Of a stretch of DNA of 64,000 nucleotides, positions 13,851 to 27,672 are shown piece after piece (position 1 is the first letter of the stretch; the number at the start of each line of letters is the position of its first letter). Source of the stretch: Octopus vulgaris (Eukaryota); assembly GCA_951406725.2 (NCBI GenBank), contig OX597827.1, forward strand, positions 72,664,001 through 72,728,000, written 5' to 3'. The position numbers were made by a program, and so were the translations under genes. The notes beneath the pieces were generated by a model that saw only the letters and a list, made by a program, of their open reading frames with translations, was not told where the DNA came from and did no database searches.

Positions 13851-15260
13851 TCTCCGGCTTTTCAACTCTTTCTCCTTTCCTCCCGGCTCCTCCAAAATCC
13901 TTTTTACTATGGACATCCAAAGCCTCTATACTGTTATCCCTCACCACGAAGGACTGCAGGCCCTTCGACACTTTCTTGACCTCCGCTCTAACCCTGTACC
14001 TGACACCTCCACACTCATTCGTCTGGCCGAACTTGTCCTTACTCTGAACTGCTTCTCGTTCGCGGGCGAGTTCTACCATCAGGTCTCGGGAGTGGCCATG
14101 GGAACGCGAATGGGCCCCAACTATGCGAACTTGTTCGTTGGCTATGTTGAGGCCCAAATATTCTCTAATTTCACTGGTCCCACTCCTGAACTATATGGTC
14201 GTTATATTGACGACATTATCGGTGCCACCTCACTCTCCCGCGAACATCTAGATTCCTTCCTCTCTTTCGTCCAATCTTTCCATCCAGCCCTCCACTTCAC
14301 TTCCACTATCTCCAACACCTCTGTCTCCTTCCTCGACATTTCGGTTAGCATTCTTCACTCCACTCTTACCACCTCCATTCACTACAAACACACAGACTCA
14401 CACTCATACCTCAACTTCTCTTCCTCCCACCCAGAACACACCAAGCTTTCCATCCCCTATTCCCAATTCCTCCGTCTACGTAGGCTCTGTAGTGACGACC
14501 ATGACTTTGAGACTCAGTCTCAACGTATGGCTCACCACTTCACCCTACGTGGATACCCCCTCACCACTATCCACACCGCCCTTGCCAGAGCACGGTCCGT
14601 GGACCGTGTATCTGCTCTCTCTCCCCGAACCCGCCCTGTAGTCTCCCGCCTCCCTTTTCCCCTCACTTACCACCCCACGAACCTACGTCTCCAACGCACC
14701 ATTCTTCGAGCTTTCCGTCATCTCCAGTCCGACCCGTCCACTTCACACCTGTTCCCTAACCGACCCCTCCCCTCTTTCAAACGAGCCCACAACCTTCGAG
14801 ACCTTTTGGTCCATAGCTCCTTCCCTGACCCTACCTCCCAACCCGGCTCGTTCCCCTGCTCCCGCCCACGTTGCCGCACTTGCCCTTACCTCTCCAACAC
14901 CACCCGCCTCACTAGCACCCACCATCGACCCTATCCCATCATCCACTCCTTCACCTGCACCTCCAGCAATATTATCTATTGCATCTCTTTTGCTCTCTCT
15001 GCAATTCCTTGTACATCGGACAAACGGGACGCCGCTTGGCTGACCGGTTCGCGGAACACCTTCGTGACATCCACCTTGCGAACGACACACCGGTCTCACG
15101 CCATTTCCGCTCCACCGGTCACTCCTTGCAACACCTATCTGTGTTCGGTTTGTCCTTACACAGAGGCCATCCGGATTCCCATTTGCGCCGTGAACAGGAA
15201 TTAATCTTCTCTCTTCGCTCTTATACGCCATTTGGTCTCAACTCTCCCCCCTCCTCATCT
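13848..15260 (+). mobile_element. Penelope-like retroelement, 5'-truncated: reverse transcriptase plus GIY-YIG endonuclease with a frameshift near 14990
   Basis: MDIQSLYT, QVSGVAMG, RYIDD and FLD RT motifs; C-x4-C-x2-C linker; NIIYCIS continues in another frame as CSLCNSLYIGQTGRRLADRFAEH. Confidence 0.93.
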
Positions 15261-15550
15261 AACCTCACCCCCTCCTCACCTATCCTTTCTCCCCCCGACC
15301 CCTACTTCTTCAGTCCTTCATCCTTTCACCCCTACTCCCCTTCCCTTCTTCCCTCTTTCTCCCTCCCTCTTCCCCTTCCCTCTGCTCCCTCACTCCCTCT
15401 CTCCCCTTCTCCCTCTTTCCTCCTTCATCCCCCTCATCCCCTTCCTTCTCCCCCATCCTCTCCTCCCCCTTCTCCTCCCCCTCTTCTTCCCCTCCCCTTC
15501 TCTCCCCCCTCTTCTCCCCTCCCCCTCTTCTCCCCTCCCCCTCTTCTCCT
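15240..15550. repeat. CT-rich low-complexity tract
   Basis: Seen directly. Confidence 0.9.
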
Positions 15551-15767
15551 CACTACACCACATGACTTTACACATCACATCACATATGATGTGCCATACT
15601 AATACACACACCAATACTAATATGGCATTTTTATAAAAATAAGAATAAAGCTGACCGCTTATTAGCTCCATGAGGCCATCGCCTTAAGTTAGCTATTTGA
15701 TACACAAACTGTATCCATATAACCTTTGAACAAGGGAGGTCAGTCGCTCCACACTACTTGGCCGGCA

Positions 15768-15808
15768 GCTACAGACGCTTTCGGGGTATTGCCCCTTTTC
15801 AATGCAGC
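15768..15808 (-). ncRNA. Type I hammerhead ribozyme (U3-A8 core variant; stem III 1 nt short)
   Basis: GCTGCA-TTGAAAA-GGGGCAATACCCC-GAAA-GCG-TC-TGTAGC. Confidence 0.65.
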
Positions 15809-16277
15809 GTAGCCAAACCAGTAGGTGTCGCTTCTGACAATCTCTGTTCAAAGGTTTTATTTACCTAGCTTCGGTGGAATACATCCACTTGTTTTCAATA
15901 ATAGAAATATTAAAATTACTAAGTCTCTCTAAAAGAGAACAACGGCAGCGTTCCCGGAAAATATTAGTTATCGCCATACTAATATGGCATTTTTATAAAA
16001 ATAAGAATAAAGCTGACCGCTTATTAGCTCCATGAGGCCATCGCCTTAAGTTAGCTATTTGATACACAAACTGTATCCATATAACCTTTGAAAAAATGCC
16101 ATATTAGTATGGCGATAACTAATATTTTCCGGGAACGCTGCCGTTGTTCTCTTTTAGAGAGACTTAGTAATTTTAATATTTCTATTATTGAAAACAAGTG
16201 GATGTATTCCACCGAAGCTAGGTAAATAAAACCTTTGAACAGAGATTGTCGGAAGCGACACCTACTGGTTTGGCTAC

Positions 16278-16319
16278 GCTGCATTGAAAAGGGGCAATAC
16301 CCCGAAATGCGTCTGTAGC
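16278..16319 (+). ncRNA. Type I hammerhead ribozyme (U3-A8 core variant)
   Basis: GCTGCA-TTGAAAA-GGGG CAATA CCCC-GAAA-TGCG-TC|TGTAGC; stems I and II pair. Confidence 0.75.
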
Positions 16320-16481
16320 TGCCGGCCAAGTAGTGTGGAGCGACTGACCTCCCTTGTTCAAAGGTTATATGGATACAGTTTGTGTATCAAATAGCTAACT
16401 TAAGGCGATGGCCTCATGGAGCTAATAAGCGGTCAGCTTTATTCTTATTTTTATAAAAATGCCATATTAGTATGGCGATAA

Positions 16482-17370
<889 letters not shown>

Positions 17371-17612
17371 TATATATATATATATATATTTGAGTAATTG
17401 AATGAATTATCTTATTAAGGATAATTCGAAAGATAACCGATACCTGGGTAGCAAATTCACATCAGAACTCTTGAACCTTTAGAAACTTCTAGATTCTTCT
17501 ACATTCAGCCACTCTGACGTCACTCATTATAAAGAGACACTCATTATTGCCATAGGCTCCTTGAGAGCGGTCAGCTAAAAGTTTTTTGTGCATTTTGATG
17601 TCGACATAAGTT

Positions 17613-17707
17613 CCTTGATTTTCCTGATGAGAAATCTGCATAATGTACTCCTTATTCCTTCGGAATTAGGAATATGCAGCCTTCGAAACATATGTCGAGA
17701 ATAAAGG
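17613..17707 (+). ncRNA. Canonical type I hammerhead within a ~360-bp monomer (17390-17752) flanked by (TA)n
   Basis: CCTTGATTTTC-CTGATGA-GAA...TTC-GAAA-CATATG-TC|GAGAATAAAGG; all three stems pair. Confidence 0.85.
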
Positions 17708-17893
17708 ATATTTGTTAACTAGTCGTTCAACTCCATTCTTTCATATACTTATATATGTATATATATATATATATATATATGTATATTCAACAATCATTAA
17801 GGGGTGCATCAAGGTGCATTTTGTGCCCTCTTGCTACAGCCATGTCAGTAATCACTATATAAACCCAAGAATTGTATCTGGGTAGTTACTTAC

Positions 17894-17944
17894 CTTCAAT
17901 TTGTTCCGTGCAGGTGGCAGGGGTGGAGCATTCATCTTGGGTGC
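17894..17944 (-). CDS. Micro-exon (APKMNAPPLPPARNKLK)
   Basis: tttttccaccattccag acceptor, AAG|GTAAGT donor, 51 nt, phase 0. Confidence 0.8.
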
Positions 17945-18120
17945 CTGGAATGGTGGAAAAAAAAGATGAGAAATAAAACAAACAAAACATTTACAAATCT
18001 TTTTAAATGAAGTATCAGAGAGCTGTCAGTAAAAGGAAGGGTATCTAGTTTTATTGCATTTTATTATCTTGTATAAAGAAAGAGTATTTAATTAAAAGAG
18101 TCATCTATGTATCATTTATG

Positions 18121-18231
18121 CTGTTGATAGGCCCTGTTACTGTAGTATTTGTTCTGAGATAACATCCCTTCTGGAGTTGCTAAGAGATGTTATTTCGGGA
18201 CAAATACTGCAGTCAACTGGCCTGTCAACAG
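18121..18231. repeat. ~110-bp imperfect inverted repeat (small MITE-like hairpin)
   Basis: ctgttgataggcc...ataacatc pairs with gatgttat...ggcctgtcaacag. Confidence 0.65.
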
Positions 18232-18433
18232 TATTCTTTTATTTGTTTCAGTCATTTGACTACAGCCATGCTGGAGCACTGCCTTAAGCAAATCAACCCC
18301 AGGACTTATTCTTTGTAAGCCTAGTACTTATTCTAGCGGTCTCTTTTGCCGAATTGCTAAGTTACAGGGACATAAACGCACCAGCATCATTTGTCAAGCA
18401 ATGTTGTGGGGACAGGCACAGACACATAAATAA

Positions 18434-18474
<41 letters not shown>

Positions 18475-18833
18475 GTGAAGGGATGAAATGGAGCCGAACG
18501 AAGATTCTACAAAATTCCTTTTTATTATTTTCTACACATGTTTCTGGTGTGATTTTTGCTACACAGGTATCGGTTAAATTTTGAATAATCCGTAACAAGA
18601 TAATTCATTTATCCATTTCATTAAATATATATATATATATATATATATACATACATGATGGGTTTCTTTCAGTTTCTGTCAACCAAATCCACTTACAAGG
18701 TTTTGGTTGGCCCGAGGCTATAGTAGAAGACACTTGCCCAAGGTGCCATGCAGTGGGACTAACCTAGGACTATTTGGTTGGTAAGCAAACTACCCACCAT
18801 ACATCCACTCCTGTGCCTATAAGGATAGAAAGA

Positions 18834-18952
18834 CGTTTACAGGACTTAGGTTTCCCGAGTGGTCACCTATCTAAGTACTAACTAGGCACGATGTTGCTTA
18901 ACTTTGGTGACCAGACAAGAACCGGTGATCTCAATGTGATATGGCCGTAGTA
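18834..18952 (-). pseudogene. Diverged 5S rRNA copy
   Basis: Minus strand CTACGGCCATATCAC...ACCGGTTCT...AAGTTAAGCAAC...GTTAGTACTT...GTGACC...GGGAA, colinear with eukaryotic 5S and carrying many transitions. Confidence 0.85.
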
Positions 18953-19764
18953 TTTATACATTAAGTATGATACATAGATGACACTTTATAATGTTTGCTA
19001 AACTATAAGATGGCTAGGTTGAATGAATCGGTAGATCACCAGACAAAATCTTGTGATATTTAAAATACTGGTGAATATGACATTTATAATATGTTCTCCA
19101 AATGTGGAAAGGTACTGAGTGAAATGTTTTATTCCAGACAAGGAGGCAAGACGGCAGAATCGTTACTATATTGGACAAAATGCTTAGTGGCATTTTTCTG
19201 TTTTGTTTATGTCCTGCATTCAAATGGCATTAAGGTTGACTTTGACTTTCATCCTTTTGGGGTCACTAAAATAAATACCTATTTCTTTATTGCCCACAAG
19301 GGGCTAAACATAGAGGGGACAAACAAGGACAGACAATGGGATTAAGTCGATTACAATGACCCCACTGCATAACTGGTACTTAATTTATCGACCCTGAAAG
19401 GATGAAAGGTAAAGTCGACCTTGGCGGAATTTGAACTCAGAACGTAACGGCAGACGAAATATGGCTACGCATTTCACCCGGCGCGCTAACGTTTCTGCCA
19501 GCTCGCCGCCTTCTAAAATAAATACCAGTTGAGTACTGGGGTTGACTTAGTCCTTTACCTGAAATTTTTAGACCAATATCTTGTTTCACAGAAATATCTC
19601 AAAGAGATTTATGAGCTAAAAACACAGGGTCTCTCACTCAGAATGCTGGTGGATCTCCTCAAATGTTCTGAGCTAGGTTGAAAAATGGTTATTCTGATAT
19701 AGAAATCAGTAAAAAAGATATTTATTGCAGTTCTATACTTAAGAGATGAGGAATTATATACATT

Positions 19765-20163
19765 ATTTACACTTGATGGATATTTGTCCTCATCTTGTTT
19801 GTTGTTAACACGTTTCGGCTGATATACCCTCCAGCCTCCATCAGATGTGCTGGGGAAATTTCGAACCTGGGTTCTCATTCCTAAGGTATTTTCCAATGTT
19901 ATTATTATCATTATTATTATTATTCATATGCCCACGGGCATATGGCATAGTGGATAAGAACACAGGCTACTAACCCCAAGATTCCAAGTTCGATTCCAGG
20001 CAGTGACCTGAATAATAATAATAATATCGAAAAATACCTTAGGAATGAGAACCCAGGTTTGAAATTTCCCCAAGACACCCAATGAAGGCTGGAGGGGTTT
20101 ATCAGCCGAAATGGTGTGTTAACAACAAACAAGATGAGGACAAATATCCGTCAAAGGTAAATA
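19765..20163. mobile_element. Fold-back element: two inverted ~130-bp arms with degenerate minimal hammerheads around a tRNA-like segment
   Basis: 19765-19895 is the reverse complement of 20030-20163; central TGGCATAGTGG...GTTCGATTCC (19943-19997). Confidence 0.7.
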
Positions 20164-20513
20164 AGTTAAGATATTTATTCATTTGCACAAAAGTTAGTCA
20201 GACTTGGTATGACACTTTACATTTTGAGTCCAAATCCTACGCAATATAATTCTGACTTTTGTTCCTTCTAGGGTTGCAAAATAAGTACCATTTAAGTACA
20301 GGAATTGATCTAATCATTAGCACCCACTACCCTTTGTTCTTATGTTACAAATCAATATTTATATATCCTAAAGGAAGTTTGCCAAACAATTAAAAACATT
20401 AAACAAAATACCTTTTCGTATTTACTTACAAACGTTTACATTTTTAATCCAAATCCCACTAGAGTCAGCTCTGACTTTCATCCAGTCAAGTACTGGATGA
20501 GTTTTATTGACTA

Positions 20514-21887
20514 CTAGCAGTAAAACCCATTGTTGATCGGGTAATTATTTTTACTGTTTATCGGGAGCCACATTGAAAGTGTTATTATATGTATAACTAG
20601 CAGTATCGCCCGGCATTGCTCGGGTTTGTAAGGGAAATAATTATATAAGCATTTTTAGAGAGTTATAGCAAAAAAATGCATTGAAAATGGAATAAAAAAT
20701 GATAATTTTTTTTTTAAATCGTTGACTCAGTGTCTTCAAGCCATGAAGTCGTTGTTCTAAAAGAACGCTGGTCTCCTTGACAACGCATTACGACGTTGAT
20801 TTCTTTACACTCCCTTCCCCACAGCTTCACGAGGGAGGGAAGGGGGAGAAGCAACACAGGTGCAGCTGTGAGCGTGGACGCCAACTCCGCCGCTATCGAC
20901 ACACGAAAAATTATGCATTAAAATGGAATAAAAAATGATGTTAAATTATTTTTAAAATCATAGACTCATCGTTGACGCGCGCTAATACTCAGACGGGCTC
21001 GATATGAATCACGACTATAAGATACTCGAATTTGGTTAAACTGCACCGCAAAATGTGGGAGGAGTTAGGAATCTAAATCGAGGGGGACAGACACTCACAC
21101 AACTAGAGTTTTATATATATAGATTTACTCCTCCTGTATGTGTATATTTTTAGAAGAGAAAACCATGTAATAACTGAAGCAGAATAAAGATCAATATCAT
21201 ACATGAACTTGTGTTTGTTTATGATATGACAATGAGAAGAGAGTTATATTATTTTAGGGTTAGGGTTATTTTATTTATCTATACAGTAATGGCAATGATG
21301 TAATATTTTTATTAGAGAAAAATATTTAATAATTGAAGTAGAAAAAAAAATCATTTTTTATACATGAAGTTGTGTTTGTTTATTACATGATAATAATAAG
21401 TGAGATGTATGTGTTATTTATCAATATAGTAATGACAATTATATAATACAGTTCATTGAAATAGGTAATTTAGTCATTCTTGAATGTGAAGATAGTAATG
21501 GGAAATTAAATTATTGAAATATTCATGTTGCATTAAGAGTGAATATTTTTTATAAACAATGTTTTTTGTTTTATTTTAGGGTGTATAAGCAAAAAAAAAA
21601 AAAGGAGAGACAAAGAGAGAAAGAAAGAGAGGGAAAATAGATAGGGAAGAAAGAAAATGATAGAGATGATGTCTGGTTTTAGTTTCACTTTGAGGGACAA
21701 ACACAGAGACAGAATCTCTTTGAAGTAGTATGGCAGAGAGACAGAAAGACAGACAGACAGACAGAATATAGAGGGGGAGAGAGAACAGAGGAGACATAGA
21801 AATAAAACCATAGAGAGATCGTGTCTGGTTTTAGTTTCACTTTGTGGGACAAACAAACAGACAGAATCTCTCTTTTATATATATAGA
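20514..21887 (-). mobile_element. Non-autonomous Helitron (outer element)
   Basis: Minus strand A|TCTATATATATAAAAG ... CCCGATCAACAATGGG-ttttactg-CTAG|T. Confidence 0.7.
20597..21123 (-). mobile_element. Non-autonomous Helitron (inner, nested)
   Basis: Minus strand A|TCTATATATATAAAAC ... CCCGAGCAATGCCGGG-cgatactg-CTAG|T; AT target, no TSD. Confidence 0.85.
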
Positions 21888-22065
21888 TACAAGGCACAGA
21901 GAAACCTACAATTTCAAGAATTACATGTGACCTTCAGGGGACCCAAGTGAGACTTTTGAAGATTTAAATACAATCTTTGAGGTTTTAAGTTCAAACTTCT
22001 GGAAGATGTTTGGCGTTTGCATTAAAAAATACATTTCATCAATTTACATAGCACTATTCTGAAAA

Positions 22066-22590
22066 TCATCATCATCATCATCGTTTAGCGTCCGCTTTCT
22101 ATGCTGGCATGGGTTGGACAGTGCAACTGGGGTCTGGGAAGCCAGAAGGCAGCACCAGGCCCAGTCTGATCTGGCAATGTTTCTACAGCTGGATGCCCTT
22201 CCTAACGCCAACCACTCCGTGAATGTAGTGGGTGCTTTTTACGTGCCACTGGCACGGAGGCCAGGCGAAGCTGGCAACGGCCACGATCGAATGGTGCTTT
22301 TAGCGTGCCACCAGCACGGAGGCCAGGCAAAGCTGGCAACGGCCATGATCGGATGGTGCTTTTAGCGTGCCACCGGCACGGAAGCCAGTCGGGGCAGCGC
22401 TGGCAACGGCCACGGTCGGATGGTTCTCTTATGTGCCACCGGCACTGGTATCACAGCTACAATTACCATTCATGTTGATCGATTTTGATTTTTGATTTTC
22501 ACTTGCCTTAACAGGTCTTCACAAGTAGAGTTTTGTGTCCCAAGAAGGAAAGGTATGCATAAGTGGACTGAGGCCATGGGTTATGGTCTC
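22066..22590 (-). mobile_element. RTE-like 3' fragment
   Basis: (CAT)n followed by the same 3' UTR as at 9218. Confidence 0.8.
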
Positions 22591-22882
22591 ATTAAAAAAT
22601 TAGTTTACATATTAATTTCTGAGGTGAATTATTTATAATTACATTTTCACATTAAATGGAATTACATTTCACTGTATATTTAATAAAATATTTGCATTTA
22701 CATATTTGTTTTGCAAAATTGTTGATGTGAAATCGTGTGTTGAAACAGACATTGAAATAGTTGGGGATGGTCATTTTTGCCAGTAAACACACACACTGTT
22801 TATCTGATCTTCACCTTAGCTTTATTATGCTTTATAACCATCATCATATAGCGTTTGCTTTCAATGCTGGCTTGGGTTAGAG

Positions 22883-23159
22883 CAGTGGTTTCCAAAGATT
22901 TTTGGGTTGCCACTCCCCTTGACATCCACTCCGCATTCCTAGCACCCCCACCCCCAACTAACCATCACAAGCATAGACCCCTTTCTGAAGCAAATTCAAA
23001 GCAACCGTGTTTCACAAATAAAACTGAACCTATTGAACCCATTATTTTGTTGTTTCTACATGAATCGCTACCCTATTATCACCTCATTTTTCCTCAAATC
23101 TCCCTCAGAACTTTGCACTGCCCCCAGGGAGGCAATAACGCCCACTTTGGGAACCACTG
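22883..23159. mobile_element. hAT-like MITE
   Basis: TIR CAGTGGTTTCCAAAG / CTTTGGGAACCACTG; imperfect 8-bp flanks ggttagag/gattagac; related inverted copy at 31010-31316. Confidence 0.7.
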
Positions 23160-23684
23160 GATTAGACAACTTGACTGAAGCTACTAAGCTGTTGGACAGC
23201 AGGTTCCAATCTGATTTGGCATGGTTTCTATGACTGAACGCCCTTCCTAATGCCAACCACTACATACTAACAAATAGATAATTTCAGTGGGATAATGGTT
23301 TGGTGAGGAAGGACTTGAAAATAAAGGGGTTAGAGAGGATTACAGGGAAGATGGACACTATAGGGCAAGTGACTCAGGACAGGCTGAATGGTGATGACAT
23401 TTGACCAGCCAGCTCTGAGGGTCAGATGCCATAGTCATAGCAGGAAATAAATTTATTATTATTATTATTTGTTTTTGTCTGTTTTTCATCCCACATTATG
23501 GGACCTCTTCAACGATTTTCTGTTCCTCTTCTCTCCTCTTCTATAATTTTTATCATATTAAAATAGATTCAACGAGGCCTAAAATATTCCCTGTCTTTGA
23601 ACTTTCACCTCTTATCCTAAATCTGTAGCCTTGTGTCAATAACAACAAAAACAACAATCACAATAACAAGAGCAACAACAGCAC

Positions 23685-24040
23685 TATGGCTCAGTGGTTA
23701 GGGCAGCGGGCTCTCGGTCAGAGGATCGTGGTTTCGATTCCCAGACCGGACGTTGTGTGTGTTTATTGAGTGAAAACACCTAAAGCTCCACGAGGCTATG
23801 GCACGGGGTGGCGGTGACCCTTGTTGTACTCTTTCGCTCCAACTTTCTCTCCCTCTTTCTTCCTGTTTCTTGTCCCCCGACTTCCTATGCAACCGCTGAG
23901 CCTGGATGCGCATTCATCCATCCGTCGATGCTCTTGGTGTCAGGGGTTGACCTGCTTTCTCTTCTGCGGGTCTTACGAATAGCAAAGGACGACGTTTCGG
24001 ACTTCTCCCACTACAAACAAATGGGACGAAGACCGCTTCA
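23685..24040 (+). mobile_element. tRNA-derived SINE (third tail type); partial duplicate at 24620-24782
   Basis: Same head family as 143-529. Confidence 0.8.
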
Positions 24041-24166
24041 CTCAACAAATAAAGAAACAAGCAACAACGACAGTAACAACAATAATAGTACAACAACAAC
24101 AACAACAACAATAACAACAACAACAAATAGTACTACTACAACCACAAAAACAGCAAGAATACTTAC

Positions 24167-24196
24167 AACAATAGTGTCGGAAAGCGGTTCATACAT
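24167..24196 (-). CDS. Micro-exon (MYEPLSDTIV)
   Basis: ttctctgcag acceptor, GTAAGT donor, 30 nt, phase 0. Confidence 0.7.
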
Positions 24197-25999
24197 CTGC
24201 AGAGAATTAATTGAATAATTGATTAAATAATTAAATAAAAAGTCATAACGAAGCATGGGTCATTAGGTTAATAAAGAGATCAGTCAACACAACAATAAAG
24301 CAACAGGTCAAAGGTTAATTGGCAAACAGAAACACAGTCCAAAATTATTCAGGTTACAAGTAAATTTTATGGGCATCAATGAAGGCTTATAAACCTTGAA
24401 AATTCACTGTCTACTGGCATAGTGTAGTGGATAAAGGTGCTGCTAAATGCAGTACAGTCACCTAGAGGTTCTAAGTTCAAACCTAGGCAAGGCACCTGAA
24501 GAAGGCTGGAGTATGCAACAGCTGAAATGTAGTGAAGAGCAACAACCAAGTTAAGAACACCAGTTCGACTAATGTAAACAGTGTATATAACAATCACAAT
24601 AACAAGAGCAACAACAGCACTATGGTTCAGTGGTTAGGGCAGTGGGCTCTCGGTCAGAGGATCGTGGTTTCGATTCCCAGACCGGGCGTTGTGTGTGTTT
24701 ATTGAGTGAAAACACCTAAAGCTCCACGAGGCTATGGCAGGGGGTGGTGGTGACCCCTGTTGTACTCTTTCGCTCCAACTTTATAGTAGTGATTAAGTTT
24801 GGCCACAGGTCATTATATGATCAATTTTTTGCTCTGTCAAGTCCATACTTGTTGCAAAGTGTCCATTGGACAAACCTAGCTATATTGTCATGGTGTGTCT
24901 TATATTCCTTCTGGACAAGTGGCATACATTGGCTGTTAATATGCCTTTGATTATTATCATTATCATCATTATTATTATTCTCTCTCTCTCTCTCATCGTT
25001 TAACGTCCGTTTCCCATGCTAGCACGGGTTGGACGGTTCGACCGGGGTCTGGGAAGCCAGAGAGCTGCACCAGGCTCCAGTCTGATCTGGCAGTGTTTCT
25101 ACAGCTGGATGCCCTTCCTAACGCCAACCACTCTGATATTATTATCATTATTATTATTATTGTTATTAAAAGGCAGTGAACTGGCAGAATTGTTACCGCA
25201 TCAGGCAAAATGCTTAGCAGCCTTTCGATTTTTTTTACGTTGAGTTCAACTTATAACTAAGTGCACAGAAACAGAAGAATCTAAAGAGACCTAACCAAAT
25301 GCTATTGAAGCAGTTGTGCCCTTTATTTCTTTGTTCAAATCTCACAGGCAGCAAGCTTACATTTCTTATCCTTCTGAGATCAGTGAAATAGAAAGCCAGT
25401 ACTTAGAGAGTGAGACAACTGAAGCAATTAGTCTCGCCACATCCTCGAGTGCTGGCTCCTTGCATTTTTGCTTTGTAGGATAATCTTGACAAGTGTGAGC
25501 AGAGTGATGGTTGAATGCTTAAGGAGTGTTCTCTCTCTCTCTCTCCACTGGTGTGGTTTTAGAGCCAATGCCTTCTACTCTACCACTCGGTTGACTGTCA
25601 CCTTGTAAGGAATGAAATTCTGCAGGCAGAAACTTCAAAAAACCCATCGTATATATGTGTGTGTGAGTCAGTGTGGGGTTTACATATGTGTGTGTTTGTG
25701 TTTGTGTGTGTTTGTGTTTGTGTGTGTGTGTTTCTATGTGTATGTTTGTGTGTGTATACTCCATTGATTTGTGAGTAAGGTTTTAGTTTTTAGCCAAATG
25801 TTAAGGATGAGTTGACTCTGAAAGAAATCTCTGAATGAAATTTGGTTCCCTAATAGTGGGCTGTGTGAAACACCAGTATGTGGACATGTTCTGATGCCCT
25901 ACAGTCAGTCCCCATTCGGGGCTTAACTGATTTTCCAAATTGCTTGCGACCCAACACTGAAACCACAAAATAACCCACCAAAGAAGTTACGAGAAGTCA

Positions 26000-26598
26000 T
26001 CATTCCTGTCACAAGTGACTATTCCGACAGCTATTCCTGTAACAAGTAACTATTTTTGTCACAAGTGACCACTCCTGTTACAAGTGACTAATCTTGTAGC
26101 TATTCCTGTCACAAGTAACTATTCTTGTCACAACTGACCATTCCTGTCACAAGTGACTAGTCTTGTAGCTATTCCTGTCACAAGTAACTATTCTTGTCAT
26201 AATTGACCATTCCTGCCACAAGTGACTAGTCTTGTAGCTATTCCTGTCACAAGTAACTATTCTTGTCACAATTGACCATTCCTGTCACAAGTGACTAGTC
26301 TTGTAGCTATTCCTGTCACAAGTAACTATTCTTGTCACAATTGACCATTCCTGTCACAAGTGACTAGTCTTGTAGCTATTCCTGTCACAAATAACTATTT
26401 TTGTCACAATTGACCATTCCTGTCACAAGTAACTATTTTTGTAGCTATTCCTGTCACAAATAACTATTCTTGTTACAATTGATCATTCCTGTCACAAGTA
26501 ACTATTCTTGTTACAATTGACCATTCCTGTCACAAATGATCATTCCTGTCATGTGTGGCCATTTCTGTCACAAGTGACTATCCGTGTCACAAGTGACC
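26000..26598. repeat. Minisatellite with ~19-20-bp TTCCTGTCACAAGT(G/A)AC core and ~69-bp higher-order period
   Basis: Seen directly. Confidence 0.9.
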
Positions 26599-27444
26599 CA
26601 CAGAGATGCAAGAAACTCAGTGCTTGATATCCTAATGTGGATGGACAATAAAATCTCTTAACAAGTTGAGGTTTATGTTGTCAAAAAGAAAAGACAAATG
26701 CGTGTGTATAACTTTCACTATGTACATATCACCAGATGATGTGAACATCAAAAAGTAAGGGGGAAAAAAACAAAAACAAAAAGAGTACTTTCCAAACAAA
26801 AAGTAATTTTGTGATACCTAATTTTGTAGTGAGTTCTGGGTAATTATTTTTCATTTTCACAGTCAAATGCAACGAACCAATGGTTAGGCTGTTGGAAATG
26901 TGAACCTAACGAGCAACTTTGTTCAACACTTGTGATTAAAAATAATACACGACTGATAGAAAAATTAAAATGAATAAATAGATAAAAATAAAACAAACCT
27001 GTTTATTCACCCCCAACATGCATGGTTTGTTTATTTGTAATTAGATTCTGTAACCTAATTATAAAACAGAATGAAGATGTGTGCATCTACTTTTTAACAC
27101 ACACAACTGTACATTAGGATAAGATTGTGTACAAGTGACACAGTTCTGCATTCATTGTGGGTTTGTGCGTCAGAGAGAAATTTATCTCTATGGACTTTGT
27201 GTGTAAAAATACATCAAGCTCAGTTCCAAGCGTTATCAGCGGACTAACAGACTGTGTTTTTGATTTTTGCTTTCACTTCCTCAGTGACAAATGCTACCTT
27301 GGCTGGTTTAACCCTTTAACATTTAAAGCAGCCATATCCAGCCAAAGTATTTTTTATGTTCAAACTGGCCAGATCTGGTTTCTCACACCAACCCTACAAT
27401 GTCATTCTTAAATATTAACTGTTATTTCATCAAAATCTCAAAGC

Positions 27445-27672
27445 TTAACCCTTTTGATACTAACATAGCTGAAACCGGCTCTGGCTCTGAGTACAAATGT
27501 CTTGTTTTCATAAGTTTTGAATTAAAATCTTTCACCAAACCTTAGTCACAATTAATGTTCCTAACACTAGATTAATGATAACTAAGTTATTTTACTAAAT
27601 TCTTTGTTATATTTAAAGTAATTGGGAGAAAAACAGAGAATCTCAAAATAAATACAGTAACGAAAGGGTTAA
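27445..27672. mobile_element. TTAA-flanked MITE (piggyBac-like CCCT...AGGG ends); related copies at 30529-30756 and 30780-31007
   Basis: ttaaCCCTTTTGATAC...GTAACGAAAGGGttaa. Confidence 0.7.

Noticed and set aside
18473-18625. GAAACATGTGTA motif (minus) between TA tracts
   Set aside because: No CUGANGA-like core or stems found; at most a truncated fragment
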